DNA of 64,000 bases from Macrostomum lignano (Eukaryota): NCBI GenBank assembly GCA_002269645.1, contig NIVC01001686.1, positions 124,001 through 188,000 on the forward strand. Reading direction: 5' to 3'. Every line of letters starts with the position of its first letter. Positions within the stretch are counted from its first letter, which is position 1. The notes under the pieces are model-generated. The model did no database searches. It worked only from the letters and a program-made list of their open reading frames with translations, and was not told where the DNA came from. Shown here in pieces: positions 41,714-55,099 of this stretch. A program made the translations under genes and the position numbers.

Positions 41714-42662
41714 TGGAGTGCGTCTCTTTGTTTGACTGATTCGCATCCAACCGGCGCTTGGAATTGGAAACATGCTGGGGCATTCGACTGAATTTACAAT
41801 TTGTTTTTTTACGTTGAGTCAAACTTTATGCCTTTTACGTTATCTCTATGCTTACTGGCAGTAGAGGACATAAATCGTACCAGTCTATAACAGTTTATTT
41901 GATATGGCTTACTGGTATTAAGTCAACATATTTCTTGCAATTCTTTGAGCTAGAATGTTCCTAAGCCTTTACTATAAAACCTCTTTTTTTCTATTAAGGA
42001 GATGCAGCGGTTTTTCTAGAATAAAAAGTACGATAGAGTCCGAATTGACAAGTTCATTCATTTTGGCTACGACTGTAATTACTGCAAAGCATATATTAGT
42101 AGTAGTATTTTACTTTACTATAAAAAACTCATTTGGCTTATAAGTTCATCACGGCTAGACAATTTCCTGTCTGAGGGGACTGGGGCTTATAACCGCAGCT
42201 GTAGGGATCGGGTCTAAAACCAAACCTGCAGATCGTTGCCTCATCTCTGCTCAGTCTGACTGCGCAACAGCATATCAATTGTGGCGTAGAGTGCCTGCTC
42301 TTGTGCATGAGCTCTCGCTATCTGACCGGATCGTTACAGACTAATCTAATAGCGTATAGCTACAATCGTATTCACTGGCGCCACCATACCCGCATCATCA
42401 GCCGCAACAACTTGAGCTGAAAGCAACTTTATGGGCATCTGACAATATTCAGACAGGACTATATGGTATAGCTGCCTTCCTGAAAAAGCTATATGGCTTT
42501 TTTATGCAGATGATTTCATACTGGGTAGTTCTGTCTGTATGATCTGGACATCGCATATGCATAAAAGCTAGTTGAGACTAATCAAGATTAATCTAGCTAA
42601 GCTAGGGTTACATCTATTGCATTTGGGAGTTGTTTTAAAACATTTTCTCGGCCTGCCTCTCA

Positions 42663-42850
42663 GGGGGCCGTAGCCCAGCGGTAGCGCAGCTGCTCTGGTG
42701 TGCCAGCGACCCAGGCTCGATTCCAAGTGCAGTCACATTAATTTGGGGCTGAATTGGAATCTCGGCTTGGCTCTGCTCGTGCAATTAACCGCCTTGAGAG
42801 CCGACCCCCCAAGGCGCAGTGAAGTGTACATGCCTAACGACAAAATAAAG
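42663..42850 (+). mobile_element. tRNA-derived SINE-like element (different family from the CORE-SINE)
   Basis: A box TAGCCCAGCGG and B box GGCTCGATTCC, but the acceptor stem does not pair. The 3' segment CCCCAAGGC...GTACATGCCTAAC recurs at ~18565-18595. Confidence 0.6.
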
Positions 42851-43169
42851 TTAGGGCCGCTGTACACTCCTGTGTGAGTGTGTGCCTGCGTACGTATCCG
42901 CGCGCTTGTATGCCTGCTCAGGGGAGTCGGTGGAATGGGGAGTAATGCCTCGCTGGTTGTGTGCCTGTCGCTTGAAGTGCACCAGGGTGCACACAACCCC
43001 CTGCCTCTAATAAATAATAATAATACTGCCTCTCAGTACAAGCCTTGGAAAGATGGCCAGCTCTGGCCTCTGAAAGCACGGTACAAAACGAGATAGAAGT
43101 ATTAATTTTGTAATGGTTAAATCAAACAGTATTAATAATTATAGTTAATGATCCTCATGGCGTCCTTCG

Positions 43170-43440
43170 ATTCTCTGTTGGGGGATTAAACAATGGAAAA
43201 TTAACCAGCAATGGAGATATACGAGCTAGAAGAATCGAGGCAATGAATTTGTGTTTTTTGAGGCGCATCTTGAGAGTGAGTTTCAGGAAAGTTGATGGCG
43301 AACACCGGAGACGACAGGTGAAGTTTTTTGGCCATATTATGATGACAGGGTCAAGGAACTGACCAGCTGTCAGTACTGGGAAGATTAAAGGTGTAATGAA
43401 CGTGCGACCGAGAGAATCGTAAAGTAAGTAAAGTAAAGTA
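43170..43440 (+). mobile_element. 3' end of an RTE-clade LINE
   Basis: The plus frame reads RRIEAMNLCFLRRILRVSF...RRRQVKFFGHIM...TGKIKG...RPR, matching the RTE C-terminal pattern (RRIEAFEM..RR.LRISW...LK.FGH.MR...GKIEG...RGRP), followed by an (AAGTA)n tail. Confidence 0.8.
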
Positions 43441-43442
43441 TA

Positions 43443-44795
43443 CTGAGCCAACATTGAAAAGTCGCCACCCTTTGCCCCAGTGAGCATGCAGTCTTTCGGC
43501 CAACCATTAATTTTGATATTTAAATGTTTGAAAAAATCAATAAAAACCGGGCGGAAGCTTCAATCCATCCAGTCTTCGCCCTTCGCTCTTCCCAATACCT
43601 CCTCGCCCAGCCCAACTCTGCGTCGTGTGGCGCAAGTTGCGTCACTCAAAAGTCAATACTGAGCTAGAATTTACTGCGCACTCAAAGGCGGCGACATTTT
43701 AATGTTGTTGAGTATATATTGTATATAGAGTATGCATCAGTCAAAGCGAGGGGCGACGGGCGCTGAGTAATCGATAGCAACGTACGTGTACATGATTGGG
43801 GTGCGGAATTTATTGGGGGTGCGGGTGCAGATCGCGTACAATAAATACAATTGCAAGTATCACATGTAAGTACATCACATGCATTGACATACATGTAAGG
43901 AAGAAGAGATTGTGGAAGACAGCGAGAATAACCACTCTAAAGAACCGGCTGTCTCAATGGATGAACATACAGTTTGAAAATACAGCTTCATACATCAATG
44001 GTATACCCACTCTAACTCATTCTTCTCTTCCTCTCTCCCTCGAAACCTTTTCTCATTTCCCTCTTCCTTTCTCCTCGATCTCTTGATCCTTGTTATCTGC
44101 TTTCTCTTCCTTTTATCACCTCTAAACCGCATCCTAGCTGTCCACTATTCTTTTCTTTGTCTCTATACATGTAAATTTTCTTCCCTAGATGACATTCTGT
44201 TTCTCAAACTTAGCAGATCTTGTCTCTGCGCCATTCTTAGCAGATCTTCTTAATCTGCTCGGTTCTTGCAGGATCTTCAAAAAAGGGAGGTACATTTGTT
44301 TTGTGCTTCATTTGGCTAAAGCGTTCCAGCTGAACTAATATTTTATTTTATGACAAAATGGGACAAAAAATTTAAGAAAATATGCGATTCGAAGCTATAT
44401 ATATAAAAGCTAAGATCTTGTACGATGTAGCAAGTCGCCCAGATCTGGTAAGTTTACCTAAGTATTTATCATATAATACTCGTAGCGAAGATTTTGCACG
44501 TTCTTGCAAGTTTGCGCAGCAACCCAAGAAGATAATTCGATCTGTTAATTAAGAATCAACAAATCAATGTCTTGTAGGTTTCTAGTAGGTTTCTCTTGAG
44601 GCTTAATCCAAGAATAACTTAAGTATATATATATATATGTAATTTAAGTGTGACGAGCTTTCCAGTCGCTCGGTTTTGATTGATTTTTCAAGTTTTTTTT
44701 AATATCAAAATGTTTGGCCAGCATGGTGCAATAGAAGTTGGTCGAAGGACACTGCTCACTGGGGCAAAGGGTGGCGACTTTTCAATGTTGCTGAG
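43443..44795. mobile_element. TA-flanked non-autonomous DNA element with long TIRs (Tc1/mariner-like)
   Basis: CTGAGCCAACATTGAAAAGTCGCCACCCTTTGCCCCAGTGAGCA at the left and its near-perfect reverse complement at the right; similarity extends ~110-140 bp with indels; TA on both outer sides. Confidence 0.75.
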
Positions 44796-47700
44796 TACAT
44801 TATTGATGTCATTGAATATATTGGAGGCATTGCCCCGGCCTCCCCCCCCCAACAAAATTTAATTATTGGGCAGGCAATTTAATTCCCACCACCGCCCCCG
44901 GATCCGCCACGCCTATTGTGAGTACCTACCTCTTCCTTAGACAGTGCAGCCACGGACTACTCACATGTAATATTCGTTTATACTTAAGTAGTCCGTGAGT
45001 GCAGAATAATTTATCCCAGGGGCAAAGTCAAAACGAGGGCATCGCGAGTTTACACCATTCAAACTTTGTAATACCAAATTGTATCTGTTTTCTAATGAGT
45101 ATGGCCGGTTAAATCTTGCATTAAACTGTGAATTATAAATAATTTTACTATAATCTAAGTAAAATTAGTCTTTTTCGCTCCTCTAAAAGACAAAATATGT
45201 CCTTTTCAGCGATAATTTTTTTGGCGGAAATTCAACCACGTTGAACACGTGTGAAAAAAATTCTATATAATTTACAAATAAGGGCTAAAAATGTATGAAT
45301 TAATGTAGTTGGTGAAAGTTTTAAGTTAATTTGCATTAAATGCATGCATGAGTAATGCTTTATTTGTATAAACCTTACTGTAGTTCGAATATTCTTCGTT
45401 TTGGTAGTAAACATTGATTATGACATCCCACCTATATGCTCATATGAGAATATGTTAAAAACTAATCTAAATTGATGTATCCAATTGGATTATTCACTTT
45501 TACATTTTAGAAAATAATTTAGCATAAAATCGATGCTTTTTATTGAAAAAGCCTAATATATTACTTATTGTATAACCATTCTATAACAATATAAAAATAC
45601 TTTTTAATAGTTAGAGAGCACAAAGTGATTTTCTCCAGTAGTCTGTTGCATCAAAATGAATAATTTCCAGCTTTTAGAATTGAAATATGTTATTACACAC
45701 CTATCAAGCTTGAAGCATTTTTTTTCTTTACTAAATGGTACTCTTTGTTGGCTCTTAAATGCCATAAATGTTAGTTTTTGTCATGATTTTTTTCTCCGGA
45801 AGCCCACTGTGTGGAGCATGTACAATGAAAAGCTTAGATATTTCCTCAAGGCACTGCAAAGAACCCTATAAAGAAGCATTTTTTTGGCTTTGCAGCAGGG
45901 ACAACCTAATATAATTTTATTGCCATTTAATGTATATTTTGTAATGAATTAGGCTTTATTTATTTTTAATGATAGTTATTCTGCTTATTTCATACTGAAT
46001 AATTTGAGGTAAATTTTGTAAAAATTACTTTAAACATCTTTTTATTGACCATCACTTAAAATTTTTTATGACTAGCAATTCTAGTCTAAGATCACCAGAT
46101 TAATCAGATTTCACTTACTAACACCAAATAATCAGGTCTGATTGACTTTAAATTTACTTTAAATTCATTGGTCTGCTTAACTGACATCAGATTTACCTAG
46201 GATCAATAATTTTGGGGCATCATGAAGGTTATAGCATTGTAACAGACTATGTAATCATGCTTAAATAACTTGGAACTCATAATTTAATATCTTGAAATCT
46301 GCATGGTGCTAGAATCCTATTGGAATAGAAAGAAGACAGCAAAAAATACAGACAAAGTGTTCACTCATTATCTCTCTAATAATAAAATGTTCATCTCCAC
46401 AGATGTACCTTTCAGCTGTTTGGAAACGGAATGAAAATAAAAATCGCTACAAATCGCTACACGCAGCAACAACTTGTGTCAACATAATTGACAACCATTG
46501 TAGAGAACCCCACCTCTTATGTTCGGCGGGTAGTCGATCAGAATCCAGTCTGGCGCATCGCTGCAAGTTGGACTCTGTCACTCAGCTTTGTTCGACACAA
46601 GCAGATTTTGAGCACAGTCTGGCAGTATGCTGCACTTCAGTTTCAGCAGGGCCAATCTGAGCTGCTCGAGCAGAGTTTGAGAACACGCGCAGTATGTGCT
46701 TCCTTATTTTCACTTTTACGTTGCAATTTGGCCTCTTTTGTATCGACTTTTCTGCGTTCGCTCTGGCATGAGAGTACGAGCCCTCTTCAGCGTGGTAGCG
46801 TTGTAATGTTCTAGCTTTGAAAGCTAGGATGCTTTTATTTTTACTATAGCATACTCCTTATATAACTAATAAGTGCTTTTTAAGCTCAACCAGCTATGTA
46901 CCTGTGATGTGTGGCTGCCAGCAGCCACGTATTAGTTTATGGGTATATGCTTGGCTTACAGACCCACAATTGATAGACTGCAGGAACAAGCGCGAAACGA
47001 TTGACGAGCTCTTGCTTAATTTCAACAAATATACGAGTAAACGAGCCTACGATTTAAAACACGACTTCCCAAACACATTGATCGGATAATAAAAAGTTTT
47101 ATTAATAAAGCAGCATCAGCTCAAATATTTTAATCTATGGCCATGGACGTATAGAGCAGTCTGCACAGACCAGAACAGAAAATCAATATGGCTACCTCAA
47201 GAAGGGTAAAAAAGATATCTGGGTGGGGGCATGGTTATGATCCTATCCAAACAGTTTCAATACAAATGTGAATCTCACAGAGCTCTAAATGAAGCTCTTA
47301 ATGCCTCTTGATTTAGTGAAAAAGATGAACAGGCAACAGAAATAGGTTTTAGAATTTTTAGGCACAAGTAATAAATTCCTGAAGCAGAAGTTTTATTAAC
47401 TTAAATGCAAAACAAGATTTTTGGTATAGCCACTAGGCCCATACAATAAAACACACTATAAAACATAAGGTTCTAAAAAGGTGTGTCTTGTGGTCTGAGA
47501 GAAAATGTAGGCCACATAGCCACCAGAATCTTGGGTGCCAGAATCCAAAAGTAGCAGCGCAGCACCTGAACCAGTTGTGGGCAGAAGTGGCCTGCTAGGT
47601 GCAGGAGTCGCCAACATTGCAACAGGTTGCTCAGACAGATCAGGTTGGTTCATGGAGAAAGCACTAGACTCACTCAACCAAATGTAAAGGTAACATATAG

Positions 47701-50669
47701 CAAGTCCACCAGTTTCATTGTTTAAGTAAGGCCTCAGGTTTAGAGCTCAGAATGAAAGGCATATCATAAAATGCAGCTGAGAAGATCTCCCAAAGAAGTC
47801 CTGGCATGGCATGAATTAAAGTGAAAAACATTTAACATATTTTACTTACATTTAAGTCTAAAAAACTTCTACTAAAGCAAGTTAAGAATTTATTGGTATA
47901 TTAAATATACAATAGTATAAAAGGAAACACTCCTGCTAGGCATTTAAAGCCAGTTTGTAAACAATAAAATATATAATAAAATATTGCTATTTTCTAATTT
48001 TTTAAAAAGCAAATATATCAGGTTTTGCATTTTTAACTTTTAACATGTTCTAAGTTCTTAAAGCTCATAATGTGAGTTTTAAATGAAATAAATGTAACAA
48101 ATAATGCAAATGAAAACATATTGCAATTATACATTTTAAAGAATAGTGCAAGTCACATTTTATATAGCTTTTTACATTGCAAATTATATGAAACTATAAA
48201 GTTAAAGTTTAAAAAAAGTTATTACCTGTTTTACTTGCTACTTGTTAATTATTTAGCAATTTAAATTATATATATACTTAAAAGTGCATAGTGATGGCTA
48301 TAATAAACAGTATCATTATCAGTAATCATAAGGTAGATTATCACTTAGCTAAGGCCTAATGGCTTTTATAAAAAAGCATATATCAGTTTCGAAGTAATTC
48401 TAAGCTGTAAAGCTGTACAAAAATTTATATTTACATTATATTTTTTATTACTACGTCATTAGCAAAAAAATAAAATAGGCCTAAGACACGGACAGTTAAA
48501 TATAAATAGCAATCTGAACTAGACTACAAATTATGCCTCAGAACAAAAATATAGTTAAACAAGAGCGTGGGTGGATAAAGCTATTTTATAAAAAAACTTG
48601 ATAGACACCTTTATTTGTCATTCTATTCAGTAAAATTATTTAAACCTCAGTCTCATGAGTCATTTGCCTATTCATAAGCCGTGGCTTATAAAATAAAGCA
48701 TATATCTAGAATCCTCGATCGATTATTGTTCATGAATTAGATAGATAAGCAGAAAATTGATGCTAGACGTTTGCAATGCTTGAAATACAGAAGTCAGTAA
48801 TCAATATCTAAATCTCATATTTAATTCAATCCAAAAAAGTTTGCTGATATTTCACATCCGTAAAAAGAACCAGGCCAAACATCAATAATAAATAAAGTAC
48901 TTATTAACATGAAACTGATAACTAAATTAACGAGAGTATTTCAGAACACAAACAGGCGCGACGTAAACAAAGTAAGCAGTTTAACAAAATCCAGCCTAAT
49001 ATTTATTTAAAAAATATCTATTGCAATATTTACCTAATTTTTTTCAGATAAAAACTACTTTTACGGGTTTGTATAAAACATTTATTTTTATAATACTTTA
49101 TTTAGTTTCTGATTCTGCGTCCGTACAGTTCCGTAAAAGTAAAGATTAACAAATGGGTAGGAAATTTATTAAGAGGTGTATTTTGTGCTTTAAAAATGTT
49201 TTTTTGAGACCACTTAACGGAAATATAAAAAATTGTATAAAAAATTACCAATTGAAACAACAAATTTTTTTCTACATTTTCTAACTCCCCAGTTTTGACT
49301 TTAACCGCCCACACATACAGTCAATCTGAATCTAAATTTACAATATAAAAACAAACGTTTCTTAGTCAAGAAGACAGAAATGAAGAAAGGGCTATTAGCA
49401 AAGATCAAAAAATTCTAAAACAAGATTTTATGCGATTTTTAAGAAAAATTGTGTCATAGGCTAAATTCTCAAGCTTTGATTTTTTTAATCCTTGCAAAGG
49501 ACATTTTTACTACACGCGCCCGGCCCGTGGTGAGTCGGAGATTGCAGTGAGCAAGTGATCATGTGCAGCCAGGTCAACAGTGCAGTGTATCATAAAGTGT
49601 ATCATAAAGTGTATCAATGCGTGCTATAACTATCTCATGTTTTATCACTAACAATCACTATGCTTTTCTACTTTTGTTTCCCCCTTTTTATATAATCTAC
49701 TTTTCCCAAAGCCAAATTAAATTAGGCCTGCCCTGCCAAAGCCTAAAATATTAATTAGCGTTTTCAGCCTTCACTTTCAATTAGTTAAAGATAAGATACA
49801 TCTTAGGCCTTCACTACATAAATTATAGGATAGGCTTGAGCCTACAATTCACACTTTCACTTCAGATATTGTACCCTAACCCCTATAGGGATCTATATAG
49901 ATATAGGAATAGGAATAGGCCTATAAGAAATCATTTGAAAGTTTTTTTATTGAAAATTACTTATGACTTGTTATATGTCATATAAATTATATGCTGTTAA
50001 ACTGATTTTGAAGTCTTAAACCAAGACTAACTTGGAGTTCTTAGGCCTATAAAATATAAATATAATGAAGTTTTTTTTTATATTTATTATCTTATGCTCA
50101 TTGACATTTGTTATTAGGCTATCCTAAAAAGCCTAAGCTGATAGAATGATAGGCGGATAGGCCTAGCTTAGGCCCAAGCCTATAGGCCTATGCTACGCTG
50201 TTTAGGCTATATTATACTATGCCTATAGCCTTTTGTTATAGAACTTTTGTTGGCTATATTTTAATCAAGAACCATCTGGCCAATTTTTTAAAAATTAGAC
50301 TTAGCTTTAGTTAGGCCTAAAATAATTGTATTTTTTGGCAGTCATACATAACTTTTTAGGAAAAAATACAAAATGGCAGTGGGTCAAATATTCAAAAAAT
50401 TTAATGCTTGCAATAGGCACTTTGTTTCTAAATTTAATTGTTTAGTTCAACCATTTAGGCCTTTTTTGACCAATATATAATATACATGCGCAACTGCTGG
50501 CCGACCTGGCCAATCCGGCCACCGTAAATCGTGGCTGACCAGGGGTAAGTCGCAAAATTGAGTCAACCAAAAACAAAAAAACACAAGAACCAAGAAAGGC
50601 AAGAGGAAAGCAAAAGAAAGAGCAGTTCAGGGAAAATGGTGAAGCAAAAGAAAAACAATTCGCAAAAGA

Positions 50670-51400
50670 AGCAAACTAAGTCGCAAAAAGGATCAGGTAA
50701 GTCACAAAAGGGTTAGGTAAGTCGCAAAAAGGATTAGGTAAGTGGCAAAAAGGATTAGGTAAGTCGCAAAAAGGATCAGGTAAGTTGCAAAAAGGATTAG
50801 GTAAGTGGCAAAAAGGATCAGGTAAGTTGCAAAAAGAATCAGGTAAGTCGCTAAAAGGATTAGGTAAGTGGCAAAAAGGATCAGGTAAGTTGCAAAAAGA
50901 ATCAGGTAAGTCGCAAAAGGATCAGCTAAGTCGCAAAAGGATTAGGTAAGTCGCAAAAGGATTAGGTAAGTCGCAAAAAGGATTAGGTAAGTCGCAAAAA
51001 GGATTAGGTAAGTTGCAAAAAGAATCAGGTAAGTCGCAAAAGGATCAGCTAAGTCGCCAAAAGAATCAGGTAAGTCGCAAAAGGATCAGCTAAGTCGCAA
51101 AAAGGTTTAGGTAAGTCGCAAAAAGGATTAGGTAAGTCGCAAAAAGAATCAGGTAAGTCGCAAAAGGATCAGCTAAGTCACAAAAGGATTAGGTAAGTCG
51201 CAAAAAGGATTAGGTAAGTTGCAAAAAGGATTAGGTAAGTTGCAAAAAGGATTAGGTAAGTCGCAAAAGGATCAGCTAAGTCGCAAAAGGATTAGGTAAG
51301 TCGCAAAAGGGTTAGGTAAGTCGCAAAAAGGATTAAGTAAGTCGCAAAAAGGATTAAGTAAGTCGCAAAAAGGATTAAGTAAGTCGCAAAAAGAAGCAAC
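50670..51400 (+). repeat. ~21-bp minisatellite GGAT(T/C)AGGTAAGTCGCAAAAA
   Basis: Direct periodicity; about 26 units contain AG|GTAAGT. Confidence 0.95.
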
Positions 51401-51649
51401 TAAGTCGCAATAAGAGGGAAGTAAGTCACAATCAGAGGCAATCAGGGGGTAGTAGGTGCAAGTGTGGCAGGAGAGCAAAAACAGAATAGAAGCCTTCAAC
51501 CACAGACAAGATCTTTGAAATCAGAAGCCTGCGTCAACAGTTTCCCATTGATTTCTTAAACTCTGGAGCAGGGGTTGGCAAACTCCGGCTCGCGAAGCCC
51601 CTCTATCTGGCCCTCGCCCCTCGGGTTCTTTGAAACTTCCTAACTAGCA

Positions 51650-52330
51650 AGGTTGGTGTCTCTTCAACTCTCATCTCTCTCTTCTTCTCTACCTTGCCTC
51701 CCCTCTTCTCTCTCTCCTCCCTTTTCCCTCTTCTCTCTCCTCTCATTTTTACTCTCCTCTCTTCTCCCCCTTTCTCTCTACCCTTTCTCCTCAATGCCCT
51801 CTTCTCTCCTCTTATCTTCAGCAAAAATATGTGCATATTTTCTTACTTCAAAGTAGAGGGAATAGAAGATTAGAGATAAGCAAACAGAGGAGAGGCGAGC
51901 GATGCGATGGGAGAAAAGATAGAAGAGGAGAGAAAAGCTGAGGGAGGAAAAAGAGATGAGAGAGAAGAGGAGATTAGAGGAAAGAGGAAAGAAAAGATGA
52001 TGGATGAGATCAGAAGAGAGGAAAGAGGAAAGAGGAGAGAGTAGATGAGAGAAGAGAGGATAAAGAGGAGATGAGAGGAGAGTGAAGAGAGGAGAGATGA
52101 GAGAGTAGATAAGAGAGGAGAGATAAGATGAGAGAGTAGAGTGGAGAGAGACGAGAGGGAAGATAAGATGAGAGAGTAGAGTGGAATGGAGAGAGACGAG
52201 AGGAGAGATAAGAATGTAGAGAGGAGACAGAAGAGATAGGAGAGGAGAGGAAAGAGAGGAGAGAGGAGAGGAAAGAGAGAAGGGATAAGGGATGATAGAG
52301 AAAAGAAAAAGAGGATGAGAAGATTGAGGA
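51650..52330. repeat. Pyrimidine-rich then purine-rich low-complexity tracts
   Basis: Direct. Confidence 0.85.
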
Positions 52331-55099
52331 ATGGAGAGAATTTGCAAAGGCCTCAAATCTTAGTTTAACATGCATTACTCCCATCTTTGCCTTTTTCCTA
52401 ACTGTTAACAAGTTTTTGTTTGAGCATGACTTCAAATTTAGAATCTATGCAAAAATAGTTCCGGGAATTAGAATTCAGTGGTTTAAAAATCTGTGGGTTT
52501 TCACAGCTTGTATCTCTACTGGATTCGTATTCTGCATCTGATGAGCCATCTGAATCAGGGCTCTTATCTTCCATGCCAAATCGTCTAGCAAATCGTTCTT
52601 GAGCTATAGGTCACACTGTATTCACTTCACTTACTTCTGGACATTCATGAATCATGACTTTTGTAGTATGCTCACTACACTGTACTGACAATTTACTAAT
52701 TGCTTCATGCCACCACTAGATGACACTGATTAGCTATTATAAAAACGCGGAATCTGCACGCAGCACTAATTAGCTGGCGAGGCATTTAGCTTTAAAAATA
52801 TGGTCATAGTTACTCCTGCCGTTTACCTAAAGTTTTTGCTTGGCTTTTTCATAGGTAAGTCGCATTTTTTATCGAAAACTAAGTCGCACGGCCAGTGTAA
52901 TTTCAGAAGTTGCGCATGTATGAATACAATATAGTATAGAATATATATTCATTATAAAGCTAAGGAGTTTTATGGCCCTTTGCATGATGGGCTTATAATT
53001 TAAAGGATTGATTGAATTTTATTATTGTTTGCCAACTATACTCTGGATCATATAATATATGCGCAAAAATTTAGGCATGCATTGGCCTTGTATGCCAAAA
53101 GTTGGCATGTGTAGTTAGCATGCAAGACTCCTAAGAAAATAGTATGCATACACATCTAGTGTGCATTTTATAGAATCATATAGAAGAGTTAGTGTTAAAT
53201 AGAAAAAATCGTTTCAAAAAGTTCATTTTAAACATAAATTTCAAGCTTTCTAGTTTTTAAGCTTGTAACAGTATTTAAACAAATGTTTGTACATATTTTA
53301 TTTTCTACTAAACATAGTATAGACAAGAAAGATAATAAAGTGACCAAATGATTTGCCAAAATGATTCTTTATACAATATAAAAAGGTCATTTATTGTCAT
53401 AATGCAAAAAGATCATTTATTATCATAACATTGGCATCATACATGCCCAACACCTGTCCAAACCAAATGGGTGAAGTGGCCACTGGCCAAGGTAAGTCGC
53501 GAAATTGAAAATGCAAAAAACAAAAAAATAAGAGAAGAAAGAAAGGAGAGGAAGAGAAAAGGAAAAGAAAGGAAAGAGAAAGAAGAAAAGAAAAAAAGAA
53601 AAATGCAAGAAAAGTTATATACAAAGTGAGAATTAAGTTGCAATTAGGAAAACTAGATTGCAATCGAGGGAACTAAGTTGCAATTGGGAGAAACTAAGTC
53701 ACAATTGGGAGGAACTAAATCGCAAATCTAGACAAAACTAAGTTGTACCGAATGGATAAAATTTTGAAATTGGGCATATATGACTAGTATATATTTGAGT
53801 GTAGGTGTGCATTAAATTTTTTTGGCATGCATTTGTAACTATTTTAATTTTTGTTTGAACATATACCAAGCATGATTCAAACTATGGTTTGCCAACTAGT
53901 CTGATTGATAATTGATAAAAAGAAGGAAAGGGTTAAAAGGGGGATATATAATATATATGATGTGATATATGATATATGAAGTAAATAAAAAAACCCTTTT
54001 TCATCAACCTGTAAAATGCTTTGATCTTATAATATTTTACAATTTAGAAAGGATAGCATAGTTGCAAAACTTGCTAATGGGGGCAGTAGTTAATGGGCCT
54101 AATTATAACTCATTCATTATTTCTAAATAAATAAATTCTAAATGATATATAAAATATTTGAAAAACAATTTTTAGAATGCTTTTAATGCTTGATTTTGAA
54201 TTTGAATGGCCACCATAGGGGGCTTTTGTATGCCTCTATGAAAGTTCCAATGATAAAAAATTCCATTTTGGAAGTGGGTCAAATATTGAAAAAACATTGT
54301 TTTTTAATGCGTTCAATGTTTTCACACTTGAACTTTGAAGTTTGGACTCTGAGTCTGAATGCCTACTATGGAGGCTTGTTAGTGTGTTTCTATAATTTTA
54401 AATAATAAAGTTTGATTTTGAAGTAGGCCAAATATTAAAAAACATTTTTAAATGCTCTTAATGTTTGAATTTTGAACTCAAATGCCCCCATGGAGGACTT
54501 AATATGCTAGAATATAAAGCTAGCTTGAAATTCAATATGCCTTTTTTATTAACCCTCTAAACTACTCTGATCTTGTTTGTATTATTTTACAACATGAGAG
54601 ATTGGTGCAGTTGCAGATAGAGGCAATAGCTAATGGGCCCAATTAATTAATAAGACATAACATTTATACCAATTGGAAATAGGTCAAATATATGCTTTCA
54701 ATGTTTTTAATTTAGATTTTTAATGCCTTTGATTTTGATCTTGAATGAATAAGATAGAGATGTTGGTATGTGCATTTGATTTTTTAAACTTTTTACTGAT
54801 GTTGGCTGGCATTCTGGTTTATAGTTTGGCATCTATAGGGCACCCAGTTTTATACAGAATATACAGGTATAGATATGGTTACAGAAATGCATATTTCCCA
54901 TATCCAATATAGCTAGAGATATAGATATGGGAAAATTTGGTTATATCTAAACTCTGTAAAAACAATCCACTTCAGAGTCCAGCAAGCATAACAATTGCCT
55001 TCAGCTCGCTTGCTTTCAACAGTATCAGAGGCTCTGCTTTTTATCCAATATAATTAGTAGAAGTGTTGCTCAACAAGAGGCTAAGCTTGTCTTTAATAG

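Larger units (their letters stand above)
50485..52918. mobile_element. TA-flanked putative non-autonomous DNA element containing the GGTAAGTCGC array
   Basis: TA|CATGCGCAACTGCTG ... CAGAAGTTGCGCATG|TA (15-bp TIR, 1 mismatch); TAAGTCGC motifs near both ends; a related internal segment recurs at ~53480-53730. Confidence 0.6.

Noticed and set aside
41117-41773. 218-aa minus-strand ORF
   Set aside because: Antisense shadow of the GC-rich lectin-like ORF; no recognisable motif.
42200-42480. Protein-like minus-strand reading joined by a 42-nt GT-AG intron
   Set aside because: Weak donor, no homology and short; compatible with chance.
51569-53040. hAT-Charlie-like element from CAGGGGTTGGCAAAC to GTTTGCCAACTATA with flanks CTCTGGAG/CTCTGGAT
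   Set aside because: The left end is convincing, but the right end is degenerate, recurs at ~53887, and would interleave with rather than nest in the 50485-52918 element; the pairing is unresolved.
54895-54945. Hairpin TTTCCCATATC...GATATGGGAAA as a miRNA precursor
   Set aside because: Only ~11 bp of clean stem in AT-rich DNA; too short.
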